DNA from: a virus
IMG/VR virus record: IMGVR_UViG_3300003890_000014
Location: 48,814 to 112,813 of that record
Length of the DNA stretch: 64,000 nt
Reading direction: 5' to 3' (one strand)
Positions within the stretch are counted from its first letter, which is position 1. Each line of letters begins with the position of its first letter. The notes beneath the pieces are model-generated. The model was not told the origin of the DNA and made no database searches. It saw nothing but the letters and a program-made list of their open reading frames with translations. This document shows, piece by piece, positions 39,739-48,010 of this stretch. The translations under genes and the position numbers were made by a program.

Positions 39739-40302
39739 CTAATTTTTAATATATCCTTCTAGTGATACAAATGAATCAAATGAGGCGTGTATAAATCTAT
39801 CAACTTTTGCTTCTATAGATAAAACATCTCCAAGAGCGAGTCCTTTGTGCTCTTTAAATAAAAACTCTACATTTCTATCAATTGGACTACTTCTAAGTTG
39901 TTTTTTCACCGTTCCGTTAATTTTAAGTTGAAATAGCGATGGCGTACTTACTGTGCAATTTAACGAAATAATTTTTGTTTTTGCGTCAGTTGATGTAAAT
40001 GAAAATATTTCTTCAAAAACTGCAGATGTGATAGTGTCAGCAGCTTCTGCAAAAATTGGATTTAAATGATTACTGATTGATACATCGTCATTTTCAGAAT
40101 CAAGTTCAACTGGAATTACTAAATTTTCAACATTAATTGTAGCGGTAACGGGGAGAGGATTATCACTATTGATAAAATCGCCAAGGGCATCGACGAGTAA
40201 AACTCGTCTTGCATCGGCTAAATCTTCGTGCTCGTGTTGCTCAATAGAGTTTCTAGATCTAACTTGATTCTTAGGTGTTGGTTTCCAGTTAGGATCTGAC
40301 AT
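39739..40302 (-). CDS. Hypothetical virion protein
   Basis: 187 aa; DNPLPV motif common in phage accessory structural proteins. Confidence 0.55.
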   Translation of the reverse strand: MSDPNWKPTPKNQVRSRNSIEQHEHEDLADARRVLLVDALGDFINSDNPLPVTATINVENLVIPVELDSENDDVSISNHLNPIFAEAADTITSAVFEEIFSFTSTDAKTKIISLNCTVSTPSLFQLKINGTVKKQLRSSPIDRNVEFLFKEHKGLALGDVLSIEAKVDRFIHASFDSFVSLEGYIKN

Positions 40303-40320
40303 TAGTTATCCCATCATGCC

Positions 40321-40355
40321 TTAGTTATGAAGATGAAATTATCTTCATAACCTAA
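40321..40355. other. Intergenic hairpin (11-bp perfect stem)
   Basis: GTTATGAAGAT-GAAATT-ATCTTCATAAC, flanked by TTAG/CTAA. Confidence 0.7.
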
Positions 40356-40359
40356 GATT

Positions 40360-40746
40360 CTAATTTTCCATTATTACAACTTGGACCCCTACAACATTGG
40401 TTTTTACGCCCATAGAAATCTTATCATCATCAGATGCTCCGCAATGAAAAACTTCTGAGGAATTTGGTGGCAAAGCTAAAGCATTTGCTGCCGAAAGAAC
40501 TCCTGGGTCATCACTCATTTTTCCAGACCAAAAAAATGCTGTAGATCCAGTAGTATTTACTACTCGAACAACTGCAAAATTACTTACTGGGGTTAGAGTC
40601 GTAGAAGTTGCAATAACACTTTTAATTGTTGCTGGACTTCCATTAATACTTTTTTCTGAACCTGATGGATCATGATGTTGAGCATTTGCAATAGAGCCTG
40701 GGCTTCTCGCATGATTATTTAGACCAATTTTTGGGTTGTGCGACAT
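40360..40746 (-). CDS. Hypothetical virion protein
   Basis: 128 aa, SD GAGGAG. Confidence 0.6.
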   Translation of the reverse strand: MSHNPKIGLNNHARSPGSIANAQHHDPSGSEKSINGSPATIKSVIATSTTLTPVSNFAVVRVVNTTGSTAFFWSGKMSDDPGVLSAANALALPPNSSEVFHCGASDDDKISMGVKTNVVGVQVVIMEN

Positions 40747-40758
40747 TTCATACTCCTC

Positions 40759-41085
40759 TTAATTTTCCTCGGTTTCACCGTGGTATTTATCATCGTGCTT
40801 TCTTCCCTCTTCGTGATTAATTTTATCAACTTTTCTTTTAAGTTTTTCAATTTCATTTCGAAAGAAGAATAACAAATCTCTGTATCTTTTTTCATTGGAT
40901 CTAACAAAATCCAATTCCAAATCTTTCCCTACGCCAAGTCTGTCTTCGAAAACAAAAGAAACCACTGGTTTATCGTTTTTTCCGATACCCAATTCAGATC
41001 TGATATATTTTAACCCGTTCATTTCTAAGAATGGACACAAGGCTAAACTATCAGTGCGGAATTCTTTGGACTTTTCATTAGACAT
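40759..41085 (-). CDS. Small DUF5659-like protein
   Basis: FRTDSLALCPFL..NG...VVSFVFED resembles DUF5659 (from memory). Confidence 0.45.
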   Translation of the reverse strand: MSNEKSKEFRTDSLALCPFLEMNGLKYIRSELGIGKNDKPVVSFVFEDRLGVGKDLELDFVRSNEKRYRDLLFFFRNEIEKLKRKVDKINHEEGRKHDDKYHGETEEN

Positions 41086-41132
41086 CTATCTGTAACTCCA
41101 AGGTCCAGTATAGCACTATTTTAACACGAAAA

Positions 41133-41780
41133 TCAAGTCTTGTGTCTCCAAGATTCGTTGGAGTGGGTTCCATCAAAGGAGTTGTTCTTTTGTTTGTTCT
41201 CTGTGTCCGTCAAATACTGAAGATTGTCTAAAGTATGTAACCCGCACACGTTTTCGTTGATTAGGGGGATTATATGGTTTATAGTGTGTCCTTCGGGGCA
41301 GGCTTGGTAAAAGGCTTTGATACCGTCTAGGTCTGCCCACCGAGGGGTGGCATTTTCTCGTTGGAACCTGCGTTTGGCAGACTGTGCTCTAGCTGCTAAC
41401 TTTACCTCTGGTTTTGCTCCTCTAATTTTGGCATATTCGGATATCTTTTCTTTGTTAAGTTCGTAATATTTATCATGATATTCTTTCATGTATTTATCGT
41501 ATTTTTCTCGATTAGATTCTACCCATTTCTTATGTCTGGTGTTATATAACTTTTTGTTTTCTTGGTAATCTTTAGCATTCCACTCCTTTTTGCGTTGAAT
41601 TACTTTGGGAGAAGACCAATACTCTTTTAATTGATCTTTTTTTCGAATTCTATATTCCTTCATCCTAATTCTTTTACAAAACTTACACTCTTTTGAATAT
41701 CCATTTGCGGTTTGAGGATGTTTGCAAAATTCTACTAATTCATACTCTTTTTTACATACTAAACAAGATTGTTTTTCCAT
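41133..41780 (-). CDS. Free-standing HNH endonuclease (DH->NH variant)
   Basis: CLVC...CKFC; NATPRWAD; HTINHIIPL..VCGLH..NLQYL...N..K.N; same family as 14687-15202. Confidence 0.85.
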   Translation of the reverse strand: MEKQSCLVCKKEYELVEFCKHPQTANGYSKECKFCKRIRMKEYRIRKKDQLKEYWSSPKVIQRKKEWNAKDYQENKKLYNTRHKKWVESNREKYDKYMKEYHDKYYELNKEKISEYAKIRGAKPEVKLAARAQSAKRRFQRENATPRWADLDGIKAFYQACPEGHTINHIIPLINENVCGLHTLDNLQYLTDTENKQKNNSFDGTHSNESWRHKT

Positions 41781-41786
41781 AAGTTA

Positions 41787-41816
41787 ACTATAGTATATTG
41801 GACGAGCGTAAGTCAA
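41787..41816 (-). promoter_or_regulatory. sigma70-type promoter giving a leaderless HNH mRNA
   Basis: TTGACT-18-TATAGT-6 nt-ATG(41780). Confidence 0.6.
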
Positions 41817-41819
41817 CTT

Positions 41820-41857
41820 AAAAAAGAACCCCTAGAAGATTTCTCCGCTAGGGGTTC
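41820..41857 (-). terminator. Intrinsic terminator after the major capsid gene
   Basis: GAACCCCTAG..CTAGGGGTTC followed by TTTTTT. Confidence 0.85.
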
Positions 41858-41884
41858 AAATTACTTAATTATATCAGTAACTTA

Positions 41885-43336
41885 CTAGGCCCTGCCAATG
41901 TTTTCGAACAAGAGGTTCTTGCGGGGAGCGAAAACGATTGGAGTTCCGTAGAGCAATTGCATCCAACGGTAAGACGTTGCAATGATTGCTAGGTCCATTT
42001 TCATCAATGGAGCAAGTTGCTTGAATCGAAGCACTTCTGCTTCGTTACTGAGCAAGTATGCTTGAGAGAGACCTGGGAGCTTATGGTTAAGATCCTTAAA
42101 GGTCGCACCAGCGCCTACAGAAGCAGGAGCTACCATACCGATAAATTCATGACCACTTGCGCTATCAGAACGATAGACAGCATAAGCAACTGCGTTAGCA
42201 GTAGCTGGGATGATGATTTCAACACGGTCGCCAGCGACCACAGCTTGAGATGCGTCAGCAGACAATGGGCCTTCACCAGCTTCACTGATAGCAGACACTT
42301 TATAGTGTTTGGTTCCAGCATCAGCAGCTGCAAATTTAGAATCTGGGTCAGCAGCTACAGCAGAAGGTGTCAATGCGCCTGGAGCAGCAGGAGAACCAGA
42401 AACTGGATCAGCAGAGGTTCGTTTTGGGCGAAGGAAAACATCGCTAACAAGAGCGTATTCGCCAGCAGAACTTACGAAGCTCTGAAGAACGAAACCAGCT
42501 TTACCATTAGCAACACCCATTGGGTTAACTCGCTCTTTAGGATAGAATTGACGAGCCAAATCCGAATGAGCTTTAGTGTCGAGCATAAGAACAGAAGGCA
42601 TACCGAAGTTTTCAACAACAATACGTCCACCATCTTCAAGAGCATCTTCATCAAGAATAGCTCCTCTCATATCTTTAATCACAGATTCTTCAACGCCGTA
42701 TCCAGTGAAAGCCTTAGCTTTAGCGGAAGCATCGGCATTACCCTTACGGATTTGCTTATCGAGTCCATCCCAAGCAAGGTCAGCTTCTGGAAGAAGAGCT
42801 GCATCAGCTCCATCAAATTTACCATTGTTAGAATAATGACCATGGCCATCGAAAAGATTTCGTTCAACGATTTCAAGAATACGCATTGTTCCGTTTTTAA
42901 TCTCACGAGCGATAGCATCGCCATGAGCATTTCGGACCAACGTATAAACGTGAGTCAATTCACGAGTCACGCCGATAAAGCGCACTCTTTGAATTTGACG
43001 TGAATAGTTAGCATCTTCCGATCGAGGAAGAGCGCCTTCACGAATAAACCCACGACCTTGATCACCGTAACGGTCAAGTCGATTGTATTCTTCAATCGTG
43101 TTGAATGCTTGATCTTTCGAAAGCATTGGCCACAATTTAATATTTTTCATTTCATAGGTCACAGACTTCAGAGAAGCATCAAGGCTTTCTACCTGTAATG
43201 CGCCACCACCCGAAAGGGTAGTAGGAGCGCCAGCATAGCCAGCTCCTGCTTCTAGGGCTTTATTAAGTTCCTCCACTTCTTTAGCGGAAGTAATCCCAGC
43301 GCCCTCGCCGAAATTAACAAAATTATACGTAGACAT
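41885..43336 (-). CDS. Major capsid protein (SPO1/Twort-like, with FN3-like insertion)
   Basis: ELNKALEAG, GGALQVESLD.SLK, EEYNRL..YG, F.QLAPLMKMDLA, LLYGTP; downstream of protease and scaffold; strong codon bias. Confidence 0.92.
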   Translation of the reverse strand: MSTYNFVNFGEGAGITSAKEVEELNKALEAGAGYAGAPTTLSGGGALQVESLDASLKSVTYEMKNIKLWPMLSKDQAFNTIEEYNRLDRYGDQGRGFIREGALPRSEDANYSRQIQRVRFIGVTRELTHVYTLVRNAHGDAIAREIKNGTMRILEIVERNLFDGHGHYSNNGKFDGADAALLPEADLAWDGLDKQIRKGNADASAKAKAFTGYGVEESVIKDMRGAILDEDALEDGGRIVVENFGMPSVLMLDTKAHSDLARQFYPKERVNPMGVANGKAGFVLQSFVSSAGEYALVSDVFLRPKRTSADPVSGSPAAPGALTPSAVAADPDSKFAAADAGTKHYKVSAISEAGEGPLSADASQAVVAGDRVEIIIPATANAVAYAVYRSDSASGHEFIGMVAPASVGAGATFKDLNHKLPGLSQAYLLSNEAEVLRFKQLAPLMKMDLAIIATSYRWMQLLYGTPIVFAPRKNLLFENIGRA

Positions 43337-43347
43337 TCATGTACTCC

Positions 43348-44217
43348 TTATTTAAGTTTCAGTTCGTTAAACAACATATCTCTTACCACTTTGTCTGAAA
43401 TATTACCTGTAGCTTCAAACTCAGCGATATTATGAGATGTTACTCCTTTTCCTGCTAACTGGAGGTCAAGCATCTTAGCAGCTACTTGAGACTTCGTAAG
43501 TTCTTGGTATTGGGAATCTCCAGACTTTTCAAGTGGTTCAAGATTAGCAATCGAACGCCTGTCGTATGCGGGTTGGGAAGCCATTTTTTCAACCTTATCG
43601 GTCAAACTTTTAATTAATTCGTCTTTTTCTTCAAGAGCTTTTTTAAGAGGTGCGATAGAATCTTCCATAACTTTGGAAAGAGTCTTTGCAAGATCTTCTT
43701 CTTTATGATCTTTCTTTTCTTCTACAGCGGGGTCTGCTTTAGCAACAGTTTCTTCTTTTTCAGATTCTTCACGCCATGCTTTAATCAATTCAATTTCATC
43801 TTCATCAAGATGAGCAGAAAGTTCTTCGATGGACTTCTTCATTTTCTTTTTATCCTTCTTCTCTTTCTTTTCTTCTTTATCTTCGTCTGCGTCATCATCG
43901 CAATCTTCAGCTTTTGCGACTTCTTCAGTCTTAGGTGTTTCATCAGACTTTTTCATCTTGTCTTTCTTTTCTTTTTCATCATCCTTGTCGTCTTCATCTT
44001 CATCATCTTCTTTCTTAGCTTTTTTAGCTTCAGAAGCTTGCTGTTCTTCTTGATGAGGCGAACCGGATTTAATTTCATCTTTTCCACCATTCACTGCAAG
44101 TTTAGTAGGCATTGCTTTAATAACTTCTTCAGTTTTAGTGGCGGGTGCTGCAGCTTCGGGTTTCATGATATCATCGACTAATTTCTCAATCGACTTTTTA
44201 ATTTCTTGTTCAGTCAC
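43348..44217 (-). CDS. Capsid scaffolding protein
   Basis: Extremely charged low-complexity protein between protease and capsid, with many xxK-S/A motifs. Confidence 0.75.
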   Translation of the reverse strand: MTEQEIKKSIEKLVDDIMKPEAAAPATKTEEVIKAMPTKLAVNGGKDEIKSGSPHQEEQQASEAKKAKKEDDEDEDDKDDEKEKKDKMKKSDETPKTEEVAKAEDCDDDADEDKEEKKEKKDKKKMKKSIEELSAHLDEDEIELIKAWREESEKEETVAKADPAVEEKKDHKEEDLAKTLSKVMEDSIAPLKKALEEKDELIKSLTDKVEKMASQPAYDRRSIANLEPLEKSGDSQYQELTKSQVAAKMLDLQLAGKGVTSHNIAEFEATGNISDKVVRDMLFNELKLK

Positions 44218-44238
44218 AGTTAATCTCCTTTTGATCTT

Positions 44239-45084
44239 TTAATTATCAATCTTATCCACAAAAGTTTCAAGCACCCATTCTGCGAGCTTTAGGGGGTCTT
44301 CAGAAGGATATGCCTCTTTAATGCTTTTCAATAATGATTTTACCATCTTTTTCTTTTCTTTTTTACTCTTTCCGTCATAAGTCATACTCTTAGGTTGCTT
44401 TTCAAGACTTTCCTTAGACATTGCTTCACCACCTGAGCGGGAGGTCGGAGCACTTGCATAACCTATTCCAGCGGCTAAAGCTTTCTGAGCAAACTCTACC
44501 AGCTTCTCTAATTCTGCTTTTTTGATAGAAATAAATTCTTCACTAGGGGATTCAATGGTTTCTGAACTATCTGGAATTTCTGGTGAATTCAAAGATTTAA
44601 CTAACTCTGCGTAAGTATAAGGATTTACTGGATCTAAAGTAAGAGCCACCTTATCAATACGAGCTTTTTTAATAGTTTTAGAGTCAGTAAAATCACGTTG
44701 TAAGATTTTACCTTCTACTGACATATGAACTCTAGGTCCATTACCTTTTTTCAATGATCTCAATATATTAAAGAATGCTTTTGATCGCTCTTGATGTTTA
44801 AAAAGATATCCTTTAACCATTAAACACTTCTTACCGTCTATATCTTTAAACTCTGCGTCTTCAATTTGACCAAGTACGTTTTCAGGGCCTTTGGCGTGAT
44901 CCCAATTAAAAAGACCTCTACCAGCCTTTAATACCGAAATATCTAGACCATTTTGGTCAATTGTTTCACCTTGGAGATCTTCATCAGGAGTAGATGCAAT
45001 TCCTTGTATTTTCCACTCTTCGTCTCCATTTTCTGCTTTGACAAGTTCTACTGGAACATAAAACTTAAAATCTTTATCTTTCAT
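44239..45084 (-). CDS. Prohead protease
   Basis: IQGIASTPDEDLQGE, FNWDH, MSVEGK, VALT.DPVNP.T motifs. Confidence 0.88.
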   Translation of the reverse strand: MKDKDFKFYVPVELVKAENGDEEWKIQGIASTPDEDLQGETIDQNGLDISVLKAGRGLFNWDHAKGPENVLGQIEDAEFKDIDGKKCLMVKGYLFKHQERSKAFFNILRSLKKGNGPRVHMSVEGKILQRDFTDSKTIKKARIDKVALTLDPVNPYTYAELVKSLNSPEIPDSSETIESPSEEFISIKKAELEKLVEFAQKALAAGIGYASAPTSRSGGEAMSKESLEKQPKSMTYDGKSKKEKKKMVKSLLKSIKEAYPSEDPLKLAEWVLETFVDKIDN

Positions 45085-45145
45085 CTAAAGATCCCCTATA
45101 ATAAACTCGTTAAGTCTATTATATACCATACCCAGTGTTTTTTAT

Positions 45146-45421
45146 TTATTTTTTGACTCCCAACACTAGAAGTCGTTTTTTAATCTTTTTGAGGGCATTC
45201 TGCTCAATAGTCGTTATAGCAGATATAGACAATCTCAGTAATTTCGCTATTTCCGATAATGTATGAGATCTATTGTTATGACGAAAATATACCCAGAAAC
45301 AATTCGAATATTTTGGAGAATTTACCCACCATTCGTTATCTTTGGATAATCTTCCTAAAAATTCCCCTTGTACTTCATGATGCTTACATTTACAATCTCT
45401 AAAGTGAGGATACTTTCTCAT
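45146..45421 (-). CDS. Sigma70 region-4-like HTH protein (candidate late regulator)
   Basis: HTLSEIAKLLRLSISAITTIEQNALKKIK; N-terminal Cys cluster; likely start MRKYP (45421). Confidence 0.7.
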   Translation of the reverse strand: MRKYPHFRDCKCKHHEVQGEFLGRLSKDNEWWVNSPKYSNCFWVYFRHNNRSHTLSEIAKLLRLSISAITTIEQNALKKIKKRLLVLGVKK

Positions 45422-45506
45422 ACTTATTCCCAAACTATCATTTTCACAATTAAAAAGCAACTACCGTGCCATTAATTGTCGTTCTAGTATGTAAAAATTT
45501 TGGGTA

Positions 45507-45535
45507 TTGACTTTTTCATTTTTATGTGATAAAAT
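45507..45535 (+). promoter_or_regulatory. Strong sigma70 promoter
   Basis: TTGACT-17-TAAAAT with extended TG. Confidence 0.75.
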
Positions 45536-45542
45536 TTAGTCT

Positions 45543-45654
45543 ATAAGAGCTTGTGAGCGACTTTAAGTCGCTTTGATAGCACAACTTAGAATATATCAGA
45601 CGGGTATAAGTGTATCAAGAGGTTCCCTCTTTCCCAATCAACTCATTTTTTTTT
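45543..45654 (+). ncRNA. Candidate small RNA 1
   Basis: Follows the 45507 promoter; hairpin TTGTG-AGCGACTT-T-AAGTCGCT...CACAA; ends in a T-run; no credible ORF. Confidence 0.3.
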
Positions 45655-45715
45655 AATGCTAAAAAAGGCTTACTATAGTAAGCATTTTTCCGTTTTTTTT
45701 TCAAAAAGAATATCC

Positions 45716-45744
45716 TTGACGTTGACCCTTTATTTTGATAATGT
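45716..45744 (+). promoter_or_regulatory. sigma70 promoter
   Basis: TTGACG-17-TAATGT with extended TG. Confidence 0.6.
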
Positions 45745-45793
45745 ATTAAACATAAGAGACCTTCTAAAATGGAAGGGCCACTCTCCTTCACTA

Positions 45794-45832
45794 GGGGGTT
45801 GGGTTATTGGTTATCCCAGCCCCCGTTTTTTT
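45794..45832 (+). terminator. Intrinsic terminator/attenuator in the leader of the early operon
   Basis: GGGGGTTGGG..CCCAGCCCCC-G-TTTTTTT just before the SD of 45844. Confidence 0.75.
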
Positions 45833-45843
45833 AAAGGATTAAT

Positions 45844-46095
45844 ATGAAAGTAATAAACTACAGACAATTAATCATAAATCTAGAAGATGAAAAATGGCGG
45901 ATACTTTTAGTTGAAGGGGAAGAGGCAGCTAAAGTAAAATGGGAAGAAATCGATAAAAAAATTAAAAGACTTTGGAAGTGGAGTTCTCAAGAACCTTCTA
46001 CTTTCTTTAGGCCCATACTTCGCTTAATTACAACTAAACAAAATTTAAGGGTGATAAAGAATGAAAGTTTGGAGCCAAGGCAAGATCCTAAATAA
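45844..46095 (+). CDS. Hypothetical protein
   Basis: SD AAGGA; first gene of the plus-strand block. Confidence 0.6.
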   Translation: MKVINYRQLIINLEDEKWRILLVEGEEAAKVKWEEIDKKIKRLWKWSSQEPSTFFRPILRLITTKQNLRVIKNESLEPRQDPK

Positions 46096-46951
46096 TAAAG
46101 CTCCTATTGATAGCTTTAACTATGCAATGCATTATGCTTGTCCAGTTGTTTGGGAAGGTATTCGTTCGTATAAGCAAGATGATGATACTACCAAAATTTG
46201 GAAACTTAAAGATCATATAGATCGTCTTTTTGATTCAGCTAAAGTTTTAGATATTAAAATCCCATACTCCAAAGCTGAAGTAGAACAAGCTTGTGAAAAT
46301 ATTGTACAAGCTTCAGGAGGGGGAGATCTTTATCTTAGACCCATTGTTTATCCAAATAAAGACGCCGAGTCTATTAAACCATCTATAGATGAAATAAGAC
46401 TTGATATATATTGTTGTCCAGTACCCCCATTTCATCCTTCTAAAGAAAATGGCATTAAAGCTAAAATTTCTTCTTTAGTACGAAGTTACCCACAATATAA
46501 TATGCAGGCAAAAACAGCAGCAAATTACAATTTTATTCAGCTCGCAAGACAAGAACTCCAGAATGGGGTAGAAGATGTGTTTCTGTTAGATGCTCAAGGA
46601 TATATAGTAGAGGCGATAGTAGCCAATATTTTTCTAGTTAAAGGAGACGTGATTATGACCCCTCCAAATGCAGGAAGTATTCTTCCTGGAATTACTCGTA
46701 GATATATAGCTGAGATTTTGCAAGACGCATCTAAAATGTTTTCTAAGTATAAAAAGGTGCCACTAGTAGTAGAAAAAAATATCACTAGAGCCGATGTTTA
46801 TACAGCTGATGAGATTTTTCTTACTGGAACTTATGCAGAAATAGTTCCTGTAATTGAAGTTGATTCTAGAATTATTGGAGAAGGAAAGCCAGGATTTTAT
46901 ACTAAACTTCTGAAATATGAATATTTAAAAGCAGTAAAGGGACAAAAATGA
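46061..46951 (+). CDS. ilvE: Branched-chain amino acid aminotransferase (PLP fold IV)
   Basis: MHY..VWEGIR, HIDRLFDSAK, YLRP, AKTAANY (PLP Lys), ILPGITR, ADEIFLTGT.AEI.PV..VD. Confidence 0.85.
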   Translation: MKVWSQGKILNNKAPIDSFNYAMHYACPVVWEGIRSYKQDDDTTKIWKLKDHIDRLFDSAKVLDIKIPYSKAEVEQACENIVQASGGGDLYLRPIVYPNKDAESIKPSIDEIRLDIYCCPVPPFHPSKENGIKAKISSLVRSYPQYNMQAKTAANYNFIQLARQELQNGVEDVFLLDAQGYIVEAIVANIFLVKGDVIMTPPNAGSILPGITRRYIAEILQDASKMFSKYKKVPLVVEKNITRADVYTADEIFLTGTYAEIVPVIEVDSRIIGEGKPGFYTKLLKYEYLKAVKGQK

Positions 46952-47181
46952 CACCGTTCAATGCAAAGGAATATACCGTAGAGTATGTTAGGGGTAATGT
47001 TAAGATTATAAAAAAGAATATATTTCTTGAGAATGTGACAGATATGGTTGATTTAGAATTTTGGGAATATAGATTAGAGCAAGTTAATCAGGATTTTGTA
47101 GTAGCTTTTAAGAAGTTAAATAATAAAATTGTATATACAATTTTTTGTAACTCTAGAAGCAAAGGAAGTAAATTTAAATGA
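46948..47181 (+). CDS. Hypothetical protein
   Basis: ATGA-coupled to both neighbours. Confidence 0.65.
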   Translation: MTPFNAKEYTVEYVRGNVKIIKKNIFLENVTDMVDLEFWEYRLEQVNQDFVVAFKKLNNKIVYTIFCNSRSKGSKFK

Positions 47182-47761
47182 GAAATTCAAAAGCTATCAA
47201 ACCAGAATCATTAAAAGAAGATGAACCATCTTGGAAATTAAATCTTAAATTATGGTGGTGGGATCTTCCTCCTATAAAAGCTTACCACAATTTGCGAGTT
47301 ACAATTAGCAGACTGAAACGAGTATATCAATGGTCAAAGTTTATGTGGACCAATTGGGATTTTGACGCTTTATCAATTTATCCACTTTTAGAATATAAGC
47401 TAAAAAGAGTTCAGTTCTGCCTTTTAAATGGACATGCCGTGCAAGACCCTAAAGATTTAAAAGCTCTTAGAATTGCATTAAAACTCGCTAAAAGGCTTTC
47501 AATAGATTATCATGAGAATAAGCTTTATTATCGTCATGAGAGAAAATGGGGTGAACTTAAAACTTGGTTTACTCCAACTGAACGTGGAGATGGTAGCTCA
47601 TATTGGAATTCTACTAGAGCTAATATTAAAATGATCAAGATAAAGCAGCAGAGAGAGAAGATCATTTAAAGATTTTTGAAGAGGAATTAAAGTGGCGCTC
47701 AAGAGATGAGAAATTATTTTTTGAGATTTTAAGACGTTATATACGAGTATGGTGGGACTGA
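47178..47761 (+). pseudogene. Trp-rich phage protein with a 1-nt frameshift near 47628-47631
   Basis: The track ORF ends at 47669, but the other frame continues NDQDKAAERE...RRYIRVWWD* to 47761, 3 nt before the next ATG. Confidence 0.6.
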
Positions 47762-47764
47762 AGT

Positions 47765-48010
47765 ATGTCAAATAAATTTTTTGAAACAGACATAGAATAT
47801 CGAAAACAACTCTTAAAGGAGCTGATCGATATAGTAGGAGAATTAGGTTGGCAAGTAGCTATTCCTGAAGATATTGAAGAAGAGGAAGAAGTTCCAGGAT
47901 TGATTATAGGCACTTCTGAATATATTGACGCTGTTACTATTGCCTTAGAGGGCGGAATTGATGATATGAATTTTGACTTTGATGAAGAGGACGACGGAGA
48001 TTTCGATTAA
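47765..48010 (+). CDS. Highly acidic small protein
   Basis: 81 aa, D/E-rich, acidic C-terminal tail. Confidence 0.65.
   Translation: MSNKFFETDIEYRKQLLKELIDIVGELGWQVAIPEDIEEEEEVPGLIIGTSEYIDAVTIALEGGIDDMNFDFDEEDDGDFD

Noticed and set aside
42017-43003. 328 aa antisense ORF inside the major capsid gene
   Set aside because: It is codon-aligned with the capsid frame, so it only reflects avoidance of TTA/CTA/TCA codons in a highly expressed gene; no SD or protein-like features.
43705-44181. Phe-rich antisense ORFs over the scaffold gene
   Set aside because: Mirror of Lys/Glu (AAA/GAA) codons; not a membrane protein.
45656-45847. 63 aa ORF in the control region
   Set aside because: No SD; it runs through homopolymers, a promoter and a terminator, so it is likely spurious.
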